In this document: positions 1 through 10,795 of the stretch, in pieces
Position numbering within the stretch: the stretch's first letter is position 1
Layout: the number at the start of each line of letters is the position of its first letter
Assembly: GCA_963706325.1 (NCBI GenBank)
Contig: CAVPLT010000003.1
Span: forward strand, 1 to 64,000
DNA length: 64,000 nt
Direction: 5' to 3'
Origin: an uncultured Nitrospiraceae bacterium
Lineage (GTDB): Bacteria > Nitrospirota > Nitrospiria > Nitrospirales > Nitrospiraceae
Made by a program: the position numbers and the translations under genes
The notes under the pieces: generated by a model
Database searches by the model: none
The model's input: the letters and a program-made list of their open reading frames with translations, nothing else
Told to the model about the DNA's origin: nothing

Positions 1-9
1 ACATTGGAC

Positions 10-474
10 TCAGAATGAAAGAGCCGCTCGCTCGTCCTGATCCCTGATCGAAGCCGCAAAGCGTTTCATGCGGTCAACCAAGGCCTTCTCGTCGGCATCG
101 AGCTTGTCTTCACTCTTAAGGGGCAAGAGCACGGCATAGGGGACCACTTTGACGACCGTGGCAAAAATGTGATGGGCCGCCTCGGTGCTGATTCCACCTT
201 CTTTCTTTTCCAACATTTCCAGGAATCGGTTCATGCCCTTGCGCTTCCCGTCATACGCCCCCTTGACCGCAGCTTCAGTGACCACCCCCAACTGTCTGAA
301 GTACGGATCAAAGCTCCCGGTCTTGGCCATGCTCCTTTGCTCCATAACATCCAAAGCAATTTTGTCGATCCAGGGCGGCGCAACCCAGGCTTTCGCACTG
401 GTGGGAACCAGCACAAGTGCAGGACTCACTAGCAATGTCGCTAATACCAGACGATGTACAAGACGTGAAGTCAT
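10..474 (-). CDS. Hypothetical exported protein
   Basis: 154-aa ORF, AGGAG RBS, signal peptide ending ...PTSAKA; no family recognised. Confidence 0.7.
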   Translation of the reverse strand: MTSRLVHRLVLATLLVSPALVLVPTSAKAWVAPPWIDKIALDVMEQRSMAKTGSFDPYFRQLGVVTEAAVKGAYDGKRKGMNRFLEMLEKKEGGISTEAAHHIFATVVKVVPYAVLLPLKSEDKLDADEKALVDRMKRFAASIRDQDERAALSF

Positions 475-540
475 GGGTGACTCCTTTCACAGATGGTTGA
501 ATAGGACCTCGGTGTTTAGGCCAATTACGACATCTGTTGG

Positions 541-556
541 AGCATGATCCTTGCCA
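541..556 (-). promoter_or_regulatory. Putative sigma-54 (-24/-12) promoter
   Basis: Minus strand TGGCAAGGATCATGCT; GG-N10-GC spacing; about 65 nt upstream of 10..474. Confidence 0.45.
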
Positions 557-1245
557 AGAAAAATACAGCGCACAAAGTCACGCCTCAGTAGGTAAAAGCG
601 GCCAACGTTGCTCAGCATTCGGTGGCAGGAAGGGCACATGTGACGGTGCGACACTGTCTCATGCTCATAACCAAGTTATGCCTTGACGAAACTGAGGATT
701 GGCAGAATACGATTTCGCACCGTACGGTCAGTGCGAGCCCGCTCGCTTTGGAAGCGAGACAGCAAGGCTGTGACAAGAAAAACGGGATCCGAACAAGTCA
801 CCCGCCAGAACGCTTGACGTATCCACGGGCTTGTAAACATTCGTCGATGTGGTCTTGCACAGACAACATACTGCCAGTATGGGGATCTCCTTCCTATCCG
901 CCCTGCTTGGCCCGCTCCTCACAAGCAGCCAGGTCTTGCTGGAGGCCTCCGATTCCCTTCATGGGATGTTCCCACCTCGTTACGCCACAGCCGGCCATCA
1001 CTCCCAGGATGCAGGCTGCACGCCACAGGCTCCCGTTTCGAAGTGAAAATGTCTTCATTGTCTCCAACCTGATCCAGTCGCCATTTTCTCTTCCTGGTGC
1101 CCCGAATCGTGGTGTTTGATGATGAATGGCGCCAAACTTTTTGCACCCGCTTTACGGGCCATATTAGGACTGTCTCGGTTTGTCGGATCAGTAGAGCAGT
1201 TATCCAGGGATGGAATGCTTTCAAGACAAGCCGATTGAGCCGCGT

Positions 1246-1555
1246 TCAACAGCTGTGATGTCTCCACTGACGGAGAATGGCCCTTTCATCGAAAAGCAGG
1301 CGATAGAGGTCGCAATACCTGGTTCTCGGACCATTGAGATCCCCACCGGTATTCGTCCAAACCTGATACACCCACACCATCTGGCCATTCGGCAGGGGCT
1401 TCGTGAAGTGAGGGCGTCCCAACCGTCGTTGGACCTCGTCTTGTGTCTCGTGAAGTCACCGCCTCCTTGAGGTGAATCACCTCTTGTGCGGAAAATAACG
1501 TACAACCGGTTAAACACCATAGCAGGCAACCGATGCACCGAAGGCTTAGATTCAT
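1246..1555 (-). pseudogene. Frameshifted small lipoprotein (SmpA/OmlA-like)
   Basis: MNLSLRCIGCLLWCLTGC lipobox, frame change near 1455, then ETQDEVQRRLGRP...VWVYQVW...CDLYRLLFDERAILRQWRHHSC*. Confidence 0.55.
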
Positions 1556-1985
1556 CTGACTCGTAGGCTTCTGTGTAAGGTTCAACATTTGCTGTGACTG
1601 ACCTAATCGCTCAGTTGGCGGCTGCGATCCGGGGACACCCATGTTCTCATTTGCGCCGTGGGTGAAACTTCGTCTATTCATACAGATAATCTGCCCTCTC
1701 CGCAGCAGCCGTGGATGAGGCGGGCTGCGACAGTTCTGAACCCTCATGCCCGCTTGCGCGTCCTTCAACACCCGGTGATGCGCTCCTCGTGAGGCGTTTT
1801 CTGGTCATGGCCCCTTCCGTGGGTGCCATCTCAGCACAGCCGAACTTTTTTAGCCAATGGTCTAGTTGGAGGGGAAGGTCTGCATCTATCTGATATCCGA
1901 ACTTCTTTACTTCATGGCAGAGGCGGTATGGCCGCCCTGATGGTCTCAGAATGAGAGACGCGGCCTTTAGTGGATTGGATTTTCC

Positions 1986-2666
1986 TCACCCAACGGATGG
2001 AGCCGCAAGCAGATCGTCGAGCTCACCCTGCAGCAGATCGTCGATCCGTGTAAAGGTGAGATCTGCTGCAGGCAACGTCCGTCGCAGGTTCAAGCCCCTG
2101 GCGTAGTGGCCTTGCTGCGAGTGAACAGTCGTGACCCGCGATCCCCACAGATGTTTGACCGCGGAGAGAATGCGCAGCTTGTCATCAATCAGCACATAGT
2201 GTTCGGCAGGATATCGCGCTTCTATGTCGTCCAATTCTTGTTCCTTATGCACATAGATCAATACGTGGCCATCCACGGCATCGAAGAGACCGGCGCGCTC
2301 GATCTTGTGCGGCTGGAACACCGCATCTCCCTCTGAGACTAGTACGACAGGTCCATGCTGTCTCAAGCGCTCTATGAGGGTGAGGGCACTAGGGAGAAGG
2401 CGATTCGAAAACGGATAGTTAAACAGAAAGCGGGACACCGTGAGGATGTGAGGATCGTGCGCATGTTCAATCCGAAAACGTTGGATCGCCCCGAGGTAGT
2501 CGGCATACCCGAGTTCGTCCCGGCGTTGCTTGAGGAGGCTCCAATACCGCTGCTGCCGCTCACGGCCGAATGTTTTCTCGAGATAGCGTCCCAAGTCGAG
2601 CGTAACCCTGTCGGCATCGAACAGCGTATTATCGACATCAATGAGAAACACCATCTCGTGATTCAT
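1986..2666 (-). CDS. HAD-superfamily hydrolase
   Basis: FLIDVDNTLF (motif I DxD) and LIDDK (motif IV); RBS GAGGGGAG before ATG 2666. Confidence 0.85.
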   Translation of the reverse strand: MNHEMVFLIDVDNTLFDADRVTLDLGRYLEKTFGRERQQRYWSLLKQRRDELGYADYLGAIQRFRIEHAHDPHILTVSRFLFNYPFSNRLLPSALTLIERLRQHGPVVLVSEGDAVFQPHKIERAGLFDAVDGHVLIYVHKEQELDDIEARYPAEHYVLIDDKLRILSAVKHLWGSRVTTVHSQQGHYARGLNLRRTLPAADLTFTRIDDLLQGELDDLLAAPSVG

Positions 2667-2723
2667 TAAGCTCCCCTCGTTCATCACAGTTTTCGCAGAA
2701 CACCTCGCCCCTGCCGGATGAAT

Positions 2724-2739
2724 AGCAAGTCACGTTCCA
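2724..2739 (-). promoter_or_regulatory. Putative sigma-54 promoter for the HAD gene
   Basis: Minus strand TGGAACGTGACTTGCT, one mismatch to TGGCACG-N4-TTGC. Confidence 0.6.
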
Positions 2740-2877
2740 ATCAGTTTGTAAGGAAGGAGCGCGCCGCGAACGCCAGGCAATGACGAGGGATTCGAGGCGC
2801 CGCACTCATGAGCCGGTGTGCGGGACGTCGCCACACCGCATTGCGCGGCAGGTCACACCACGATCATTCGCGGTGAC

Positions 2878-4470
2878 TCACACCATGTCGTGATTTTTCG
2901 TGACAGCCGAGTATGACGGGACGTGCGGTACGAACGGAGGGAGCGACGTGGGGCGAGAGAGCCCTAACTTCTTCATTCGACTGCGGAGGGTACTGGGGTT
3001 GATCCCCAACCGGTTTGCCGCGCCCAGCGGACCATAAATTCTCCATCCAGCCTGTTCAAGGACATGCTGGACGTGGTGCCGCTCGGAGTCGTGCAATGTA
3101 ACGACTGGTTCCGCAACCGCTATGTGCCGCGGAGAAGGTATGACGGCACGTTCGTCGATGGCGACGAGATGCGTCGGCGCAAGAATCGCCGCCCGTTCAA
3201 TGACATTCTGGAGTTCCCGGATATTGCCGGGCCAGTCATACTGCGTCAACCGCGCGAGTGCCTGGTCATCGAAGATGACATCTCCGCGCTTGAGCTTCAC
3301 GCGGCAGAGCTGAAGAAAGTGTTGCGCCAATAGCGGAATGTCCTCGCTGCGATCGCGCAAGGGGGGAAGCATAATCGGAAACACCATCAGCCTGTAATAT
3401 AAGTCTGCTCGAAAACGCTTGTCCTCCACGGCTTGCGCGAGATCCACATTGGTCGCTGCGACGAGCCGCACATCCACGTGGACCGACTTCGCCCCTCCCA
3501 CGCGATCAACCTCATGGGCCTCCAAGACACGAAGAAGTTTCGCCTGCACTTCCAGCGGCATCTCCCCGATCTCATCGAGAAACAGTGTTCCCTCGTGTGC
3601 AAGTTCAAACCGACCCTGATGCCGCTGAACCGCCCCCGTAAAGGCCCCTCGCTCGTGCCCAAAGAGTTCACTCTCCACGAGGCCGCTCGGCAGGGCCGCG
3701 CAATTGAGCCGCACAAATGGTTTGTGACGTCGCAAACTGCCCTCATGAATCGCGCGCGCGACCAATTCTTTTCCGGTGCCGGTCTCTCCCATGATCAGCA
3801 CCGTAGTGGATGTCGCGGCCACCGCCTGAATTTGCGCCAGTACCTTCCCGAGGATGTCACTTTTACCGATCAACAGTCCAAAATTGCATTGCTGCTTCAC
3901 CTCCTCGGTCAGATAAGCGTTCTGCTTTGTCAGCTGCTGGCTCAACTGGGTCAGCTGCTCATAAGCCCGCACATTCTCGATCGCCAGCGCCACCTGGATC
4001 GCAACCTGCCGCAAAAAATCCAATGTCTCATCATCCGGCTCTCCTGACGCTACACTCCCGATATTCAGCGTACCTAAACAATGTCCACGGGCCAGGAGCG
4101 GAAGATTCACCATCCGACCGAGACCTTCTTCCGCGTAATACTGATCTTCGAGAAAGAGTTGGTGATGTTGGAGATCCGCTCGGACATGCACCTCGCGGTG
4201 GTCATAGACCCAACCTACGGCACTCCCGGCTCGTGGAATGATGGCGCCACGCTCGAGTACCCGCTTCGGCATGTTGGTTTCCAGTGCGTGGAATCGGAAA
4301 CCATTTTCCTCAGGCGCGTAGAGGAGAACGCCGGCCCGTTCCCACGTCACGACCGCCTTGATGCACTCGGTGCAGGCCTGCCACAGGCTCTCCATCTGGC
4401 GCTGCGAGTTCAGCACATTGGACACATCCAGCAGCGCATGATACCGACGATGGACCGCCGTCATTACCAC
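2878..4470 (-). CDS. GAF-domain sigma-54-dependent activator (FhlA/NifA-like, Fis HTH)
   Basis: N-terminal GAF, GETGTGKE Walker A, GAFTGA loop, LFLDEIGE, WPGNIREL, C-terminal HTH. Confidence 0.95.
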   Translation of the reverse strand: MVMTAVHRRYHALLDVSNVLNSQRQMESLWQACTECIKAVVTWERAGVLLYAPEENGFRFHALETNMPKRVLERGAIIPRAGSAVGWVYDHREVHVRADLQHHQLFLEDQYYAEEGLGRMVNLPLLARGHCLGTLNIGSVASGEPDDETLDFLRQVAIQVALAIENVRAYEQLTQLSQQLTKQNAYLTEEVKQQCNFGLLIGKSDILGKVLAQIQAVAATSTTVLIMGETGTGKELVARAIHEGSLRRHKPFVRLNCAALPSGLVESELFGHERGAFTGAVQRHQGRFELAHEGTLFLDEIGEMPLEVQAKLLRVLEAHEVDRVGGAKSVHVDVRLVAATNVDLAQAVEDKRFRADLYYRLMVFPIMLPPLRDRSEDIPLLAQHFLQLCRVKLKRGDVIFDDQALARLTQYDWPGNIRELQNVIERAAILAPTHLVAIDERAVIPSPRHIAVAEPVVTLHDSERHHVQHVLEQAGWRIYGPLGAANRLGINPSTLRSRMKKLGLSRPTSLPPFVPHVPSYSAVTKNHDMV

Positions 4471-4946
4471 TGATCTCCACCTTGAGTAATGTTTACTAAC
4501 CAGCAGGTCGCACTGCGCATCAATTGTCCGCGTCCCGAGCGAGGAAATAGAGCAGCTCTAGTCTGATATAAGTTAAGTATAGGCAAGTTGCTTGCCTGTC
4601 ACGATTTGTCCCACACCCACTGCGGCCCTTGAGACCGCAAACCATGTCAACGGCTGGTAACCCGCCGGTTGACGATGTAAATCTTTCCGGAATCGTCAGC
4701 TCGCCGCTTTTACCCCCAAGGATAATCCCTCTTCTTGAGCAGAACCTCAGTGTGCGGCCCGTGCAGAATCGCTCATCTTTCCTGAATGAGAGGCCTCAGA
4801 CAGGGCTCACCGCTCGTGAAACACAAGACGCGTCGTTCTCTCTCACTGCACGGCAAACAGGAGCAACAGGCATTGAAGACAAAGACGAGTGAGTCAGTCG
4901 CCCTCATTGCGTTCACACATCGTGAAACGACTGACTGCCTGAAACG

Positions 4947-4961
4947 TGGCGTGCAACTTGC
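4947..4961 (+). promoter_or_regulatory. Putative sigma-54 promoter
   Basis: TGGCGTGCAACTTGC, GG-N10-GC, divergent from the activator, about 70 nt upstream of ATG 5033. Confidence 0.55.
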
Positions 4962-5032
4962 GTTGTTATCGCCTGTGCTGCCGGCTGGATCGTCATGATG
5001 TCACATGCCATGTTCCTGTGAGGAGGTACGGA

Positions 5033-5350
5033 ATGAAGCTCGTCGGGATGTTCCTCATGCTCGCGCTGCTCCTGGTGCCCACGCTGAGTGATGCGCGTTG
5101 TCGGACGGTGGGTGAGAGCGCCAGCATTGGCACTGAATATGGCACCCTGCCGTTATACCCGGCGAAACGCCTTGTGGAAGCCGGCGAGAAACGCGATAGC
5201 GTCGCGCTGCAATGGGTCGGCTATGGAATTGGGCTGCCCCTCCTTGTGGTCGCCATGCCCTTTGCGATGGTCGGAGCCGGAGTGGGCGCCGCGCTACATC
5301 CATGGACAAAATGCAACCAGGCTGAGGATGATTGGCCCGACTTGAAGTGA
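5033..5350 (+). CDS. Small exported/membrane hypothetical protein
   Basis: AGGAGG RBS, signal peptide MKLVGMFLMLALLLVPTLSDA, later hydrophobic Gly-rich segment. Confidence 0.7.
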   Translation: MKLVGMFLMLALLLVPTLSDARCRTVGESASIGTEYGTLPLYPAKRLVEAGEKRDSVALQWVGYGIGLPLLVVAMPFAMVGAGVGAALHPWTKCNQAEDDWPDLK

Positions 5351-5429
5351 ACCATCCTATAGACGGATGAGTCCCTCGATGCGTATGCCGACTGCCCCCT
5401 GCCTCGTGACCGCACGATCAACGCACGCG

Positions 5430-5658
5430 AATGTCGGGCAGGATTCCCTTTAAAAAACGCGCTTGAGTCGAGCAAGCCAAGACGGCTTTTTTTCTCTGCT
5501 GAGAGTGTGTTTGGTCTGGCCGATCTTGACGAAGAACACTCCATCTGCAACTTCCTCGTTGGGAAATCGTGCGGCCTTTTACGGGTGTGTAGACCGCTTT
5601 TTCGTTCCCAACATTGGGACGTTCTGAGATAAAACCGCTTGAGACGTTTTGACTGCAT
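5430..5658 (-). pseudogene. Degraded Crp/Fnr-family cNMP-binding domain
   Basis: Pieces across frames (NVGNEKAVY, EVADGVFFVKIGQTKHTL, LGLLDSSAFF, ESC) are colinear with KVGSGKTFLY, DTADSVFYIQEGRVKLTV, VAILERTNFFGESC of 22472..23128. Confidence 0.5.
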
Positions 5659-5865
5659 ACACGGGACACACCCGCAGAATGTTATGCGTAAAAGCGCTAC
5701 GGCAACACAGAGAGAAGAACGCGATCCGAGCTTTAGCGCTTGCGCCTAGGGAGGACTCCCTTGCCAGACCTGTTCCTCTCTCGGCCATGCTCAAGCTACT
5801 GGCGTCAGCACAGCACATTGGGGCCGAATGTGTGTGTCAACATTGGCGCAGCGCGCAAGCGATTT

Positions 5866-8367
5866 TTAATCAAGACTGTACGTCGCGATAGGCTTGTGAA
5901 AACCCTTCAGAGTTAGGTCGCCAATATGTTTCCCCCGAAAGTCATTGTTAACACTTTGCCACACTCGCTCGGATATCAGGATTTGCCCGTGATCGGCTTT
6001 ACTGCAAAGCCGAGCCGCCAAATTAGTGACCGGACCGATTGCGGCATAATCCTTACGACCTTCGAAGCCCACCACGCCCAGGGAAGCATAGCCCGTGGCA
6101 ATCCCGATGCCGGCGCCGAGGCCAATGCCGCGCTTGTTCCACTCACGACATAAATCAACGACACGATAGCGCATTGCGATCGCCATCCTCACGCCCTGTT
6201 CGATATGGTTCGGCTTCGGAACCGGATCATTAAGAAATGCCATCAGCGCGTCCCCGGAAAACCGTTCCAATGTTGCTCCGTATTCAGAGACGATGGCACC
6301 CATTTGGGACTGATATTCCCGAAGGACCGCCATTAAGTCCTCAGGAGCCGCACTTTCTGCGAACTCGGTAAATCCTCGCAGATCAATAAACACCACCGTA
6401 ATATTGGTCCGATGCCCTTTCAAAAACTCTTCTCGGTCTCCAGCTAGAATCATCTCCGCCAAGTTCGAGGGCAGAAAACGCGAGATTTTCTCTTTTTGCA
6501 GCTGAACCAACTCGCGTTCCTGAGCCCGAGCATGAATTAGATTTCCCACTCTGGCCAGCAGCTCATGTTCATCAAATGGCTTGGCTAAATAGTCATCCGC
6601 ACCCGCTTCCAGGCTTTCCACGCGCGCGTCGGTCCCCGCCCGAGCAGTTAAGAACACCACAGGGATAGAGCGTAGGGTGGAATCCGCACGTATTGCCTTG
6701 AGCAAATCGTATCCGCTCATCCTTGGCATCATCGCATCGGTAAGAACTAACTCCGGACGGTTTAACCGGATCTTTTCTAAAGCGTCGGCTCCATCGTTAG
6801 CCAATATCACACGATATGGCCTTGCCAGTACGCGGTGCAAGTACGTCCTCATATCAGCGTTATCATCTGCCACTATGACTATCGGACGATTATCAGCAAT
6901 GGTTGTCTCAACTAATGGCATTTCGTTTACGTCATCAGCCGAACGGTTAATAGGAAGGAACGTGATATCATCTTCCTCTTCGAGTGACACCACATTGCCC
7001 AGACTGCTATTGCTGCCTCTGGAAATCGTGATCGTGAAAGTAGACCCCCGTCCAAGAGAACTATCAACTGCAATCGTCCCCTCATGCAGTGTCACTATCT
7101 CTTTTACTAGGGCGAGTCCGATTCCACTCCCCTCGTAGCGCCTGGTCGCACTGCCTTCCACTTGGGTAAAACGGTCAAAAATGCGTCCCTGCTGGTCCGA
7201 TTGGATCCCTATACCATTGTCCTCAATTTCAAGCTCAACGGTCGTTTCTTTCACGAGCAAACGGATCCACACTTGCCCCTGTTCTGGGTCGCTGAATTTA
7301 AAGGCGTTTGACAGTAAGTTAAACAACACCTTTTTCATCTGCCGTGCATCGGCTTCCAGCGGAACGGGTTCATTGAGTCCCTTTAGATGAACTCGACGGG
7401 GCTGGCTGGAATCGAAATTAGTCACAACATTTCGTACCAGGCCTGCAAAATCGATGCAGCGCTTTCTTGCGGAGGCTAGTCCACTGTCGAACTTAGCCAA
7501 GTCCAACAGCTCGTTAATGAGGAACAACAATCTAGACGTGTTACGCAAACCCGACTCGATGAGGTCTTGGCACTCCGGATTAGGAGATAGATTGAGCAGC
7601 GTCTTTAACGCGCCTAAGCTTAGGGTGAGAGGCGTACGGAGTTCATGACTGATATTGGCAAAGAATTCCGTCTTCAGCCGATCTAATTCGAGGAGCTTTT
7701 TGTGAGACTCCTCCATCTCCTGACGCGCCCGACGCTCCGAGATTCTCGCAAAAAATTCAGCACGCTGTAGGCGTTCATACAGGGATACAGAAAAGAGAAG
7801 CGCAACGGATGTCCAGATGAGAAAAAACGAATTTTCTATTGCGGCATTAGTATCTATTGACGAGACGGGCTCGAAAAAGTTTGCACTATAATAGGTCGTA
7901 ATCGTGGCCAGTTGCGCTATCAAATGGCTGGGCCATGATACAGGTACGATCACGGCGGCGGCCAAGAAAACCAAATTAAGTCCATTGTAATACTGGGACG
8001 TAAATCCGCCTAAAACAACGGTCATGTGGACGATGCAGATATTACCGATGAGTACCCAGAGAATCGTTAATCCATTCGGCGTGACAAGAGGAGCACGGTA
8101 TCTCAAGGCCAGGAAAGCTAGGATCAATCCGGCTTCGAGGATACTACGGGTCAGTAAAAGCTCCCCAAGATGCTCTCGATGAAGGAGAACATCCGCCGCA
8201 ATGAATACAGGATTGGCGACCAGTCCCAGATAATAAAGAACTTTCAGTCGTTCAGACGTGAAGTGGCGGCGCCAATCGGCATAGTTAGCCATATCATCCG
8301 GCCGAGTAGATGCCTCGTCTAGTATTTCCGACGTTGCGCTTCCTCTGCTTTGGCCTGTCTGAATCAT
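5866..8367 (-). CDS. Membrane hybrid: multi-TM sensor, HisKA/HATPase, REC, class III adenylate/guanylate cyclase
   Basis: About 6 TM helices; SHELRTPL; NLLSNAFKF, DNGIG, GSGIGL; REC (ADDN...TDAMMP...KPF); FIDLRGFT, ERFSGD, IGPVTNLAARL. Confidence 0.93.
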   Translation of the reverse strand: MIQTGQSRGSATSEILDEASTRPDDMANYADWRRHFTSERLKVLYYLGLVANPVFIAADVLLHREHLGELLLTRSILEAGLILAFLALRYRAPLVTPNGLTILWVLIGNICIVHMTVVLGGFTSQYYNGLNLVFLAAAVIVPVSWPSHLIAQLATITTYYSANFFEPVSSIDTNAAIENSFFLIWTSVALLFSVSLYERLQRAEFFARISERRARQEMEESHKKLLELDRLKTEFFANISHELRTPLTLSLGALKTLLNLSPNPECQDLIESGLRNTSRLLFLINELLDLAKFDSGLASARKRCIDFAGLVRNVVTNFDSSQPRRVHLKGLNEPVPLEADARQMKKVLFNLLSNAFKFSDPEQGQVWIRLLVKETTVELEIEDNGIGIQSDQQGRIFDRFTQVEGSATRRYEGSGIGLALVKEIVTLHEGTIAVDSSLGRGSTFTITISRGSNSSLGNVVSLEEEDDITFLPINRSADDVNEMPLVETTIADNRPIVIVADDNADMRTYLHRVLARPYRVILANDGADALEKIRLNRPELVLTDAMMPRMSGYDLLKAIRADSTLRSIPVVFLTARAGTDARVESLEAGADDYLAKPFDEHELLARVGNLIHARAQERELVQLQKEKISRFLPSNLAEMILAGDREEFLKGHRTNITVVFIDLRGFTEFAESAAPEDLMAVLREYQSQMGAIVSEYGATLERFSGDALMAFLNDPVPKPNHIEQGVRMAIAMRYRVVDLCREWNKRGIGLGAGIGIATGYASLGVVGFEGRKDYAAIGPVTNLAARLCSKADHGQILISERVWQSVNNDFRGKHIGDLTLKGFHKPIATYSLD

Positions 8368-8494
8368 TCTTTAATCCGACCCAATGGTCGGTATCATAGG
8401 AGTTCTACAGAACGTGTCACATTTGGCATAAGTTATGAACGCTGGATCAATCTGGAATGCCAGTGAAGGTCGCACGGCATCATGACGGCGTTAC

Positions 8495-9868
8495 TCAAAA
8501 TCGATAGCTGACGGTGTTATAGACATAATAGGCGCTCACTGATTCGGACGCGTTTGGACCGAAAGGCAGGGAAGAATTTGTGTATGTCACGGAATTCTTA
8601 ATGCCGTAGACGGCCCCAATGTCGAATGCCCACCTCTCGGTGAAACGAAAGCCGAACCCACCTGTGAAGTGGTGTTCTAGTATGAGTGGTGCTATCGGAC
8701 TCAACGTTTGTTTCGGTACTGGATTATTGCCGTAATTATAGCCCATCCGCAAAACTAGCCGGTCTCGCTCTTGCCATGCCACTTCTTGGAGAAGGGCATA
8801 CGATACCCCGATGCCTAGCACGACTTGATCCTTCCAATTAAAGGGAATATTGAGATTCACTTGAGCGGGGGCAAGGGGGTTATTCGGATTCGTGGCCGTA
8901 ATCTCCATGGTATTGATTGAAGCCCAGTTGATCCAACTCGTCGTCAGTGCAATCAACAGCGGCTCGATCGGTCTCACCGCCATTGACACGTCGACCTGCT
9001 GTGGCCACTTAAGACCGGCCACTCGCGCATCATAATTTACAGTACCTAATCCAAAGGCTGAAAAATTAAGCGCGGCCTGGCCGTTGTTGTAATCGAAACG
9101 CACTGGAGAGGTATAAGTAGCGCCGACCGTCAACCAAGGAAACGCTCGGTACATTGCTCCAACTTTTACTCCGAACACGACATCTGAGGGGCATTGGTCA
9201 CCCAGGCCACCGAGACCGCCATTCCTCGCACAACGGTCGCGTATGTCCAACCCAGCGAACCCAGTCGGAACTCCAGGTCCGGGAAGAACAGACGTTCCCG
9301 GGAAAAGGCGCAGGGAAACGTCAGAATATCCGATACTGGGGGCAATCCCGATCGATAGCTTTTCCGTAGCTTCATAGCTGAGTGCGATGGCGAACTTGAG
9401 ATACCGAAAAAATGACGACGTATCATCGCGTGTTCCAAACGCCGTTTGGAGGTTTCGAAAATCTGTCCCGAATCCTCCCTGCGTAAATATTCCGGCGCCC
9501 ACTGTGAGGCCAGGCACGGATGCAAGACGGGTAGCATACCCGACATTTCCTATGGCAAATATATGATTCTGGCCCGCGATCTGGTCATTATTAAAGATGT
9601 CCGAATGCCGAACGAACGCCTGTAAGGGTCCCGCCGTGACATCGAGACGGCTGCCTTGAATTAACGACAACGCGGCTGGGTTCGTGTTAATCGCAGATGT
9701 GTCGGCAACCGCGACGTGGCCCGCTCCTGCAAGCGCGGTGGATTCAGCGGAAAATCCAATAAGTTGGGGGCCGTTAATGGCGAAGGAGAGATTCGAGTCT
9801 AACAGCAGCAGTATACCGACGAAAATCGGTGCCCAATAGACAATCCTTAGCCACGGTGCCCTCTGCAT
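8495..9868 (-). CDS. FadL/TodX-family outer-membrane channel for hydrophobic compounds
   Basis: Signal peptide, ALAGAG...AINTNPAAL hatch motif, amphipathic beta strands, terminal YRF; AAGGAG before ATG 9868. Confidence 0.85.
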   Translation of the reverse strand: MQRAPWLRIVYWAPIFVGILLLLDSNLSFAINGPQLIGFSAESTALAGAGHVAVADTSAINTNPAALSLIQGSRLDVTAGPLQAFVRHSDIFNNDQIAGQNHIFAIGNVGYATRLASVPGLTVGAGIFTQGGFGTDFRNLQTAFGTRDDTSSFFRYLKFAIALSYEATEKLSIGIAPSIGYSDVSLRLFPGTSVLPGPGVPTGFAGLDIRDRCARNGGLGGLGDQCPSDVVFGVKVGAMYRAFPWLTVGATYTSPVRFDYNNGQAALNFSAFGLGTVNYDARVAGLKWPQQVDVSMAVRPIEPLLIALTTSWINWASINTMEITATNPNNPLAPAQVNLNIPFNWKDQVVLGIGVSYALLQEVAWQERDRLVLRMGYNYGNNPVPKQTLSPIAPLILEHHFTGGFGFRFTERWAFDIGAVYGIKNSVTYTNSSLPFGPNASESVSAYYVYNTVSYRF

Positions 9869-9959
9869 GCTGGTCTCCTTTTTAAAACAGGTGCTGTTTT
9901 TTCCTCCAATGTACTTTTTGCTACCAGGCGCGCTATCGGTCATTCCGAGTCAACGTTAT

Positions 9960-10748
9960 TTAGAGACTCAGTTCCTGACCTTCTTTCAAGATACTCAGAT
10001 TTGGAATGTCAAGAGTTTCGAGTTGTTGCGTGATGGCGTCATGGAATGGCGGCTTAAGATGATAGGCATAGACTTGCACTTGAGTATTGTGCAGTTTTGC
10101 CCATTCCTTCGAAAGGAGTGCAGGAGTGAGGTGCTTGGCCTGCCTTGCAATTGCCGATAGCTCATTGGGAAAGGATGATTCGATGAAGGCCGCTTTGAGA
10201 TCCGGAACCGCCCGGGCTTGTGCCCAAATTTCCTCTGTCTCATAAGTGTCGCCGCTGTACAACCACGCCGCGCGAGGGCTCTTGATGATGTATCCCACAG
10301 TAGGTACAGAATGATTCACTGCGATCGGCATGACTTCGAGATGGTGGACCGACACCGATTTTCCAGGTTCCAAGACCTGTCCCTTCAAGACCGGGCGTTT
10401 CCGATTCGGCAACTCAAAAAAATTGGGGTACAGCGTGTCGTTAAACACATGCTCTCTCAGCCCTTGCAAAACCGGCTCAGTCGCCATAACCACGAGTGAC
10501 TCATCGAAAGCGTGGGCGAGATTGTCTACCAGGGTGGGGAGGCTTTTGATGTGATCGAAATGAAGATGACTCAACAGAACGAAGCGAATCCTCCGTTGCT
10601 CAGGCAGGGTGAGCTTGGAACCGATCGTGCCAGCATCTAAGAGAACGGCATCGTCAATGAGGAATCCACAACTTTCGTGTTGTACCGCTCCGGCCGCGCC
10701 GTCAATGAGCTGATCGGATCCATGGCACCCCAACACCTTGATGTGCAT
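9960..10748 (-). CDS. Class II 3',5'-cyclic nucleotide phosphodiesterase (metallo-beta-lactamase fold)
   Basis: VLGCHGS, LLDAGT, SHLHFDH, NHSVPTVGY, YSGDT, ESSFPN, KHLTP, YHLKP. Confidence 0.88.
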   Translation of the reverse strand: MHIKVLGCHGSDQLIDGAAGAVQHESCGFLIDDAVLLDAGTIGSKLTLPEQRRIRFVLLSHLHFDHIKSLPTLVDNLAHAFDESLVVMATEPVLQGLREHVFNDTLYPNFFELPNRKRPVLKGQVLEPGKSVSVHHLEVMPIAVNHSVPTVGYIIKSPRAAWLYSGDTYETEEIWAQARAVPDLKAAFIESSFPNELSAIARQAKHLTPALLSKEWAKLHNTQVQVYAYHLKPPFHDAITQQLETLDIPNLSILKEGQELSL

Positions 10749-10795
10749 ATGTGGACTGCGTCTCCGACCTGAACACCGGTTGCCTGACCTCTTGC

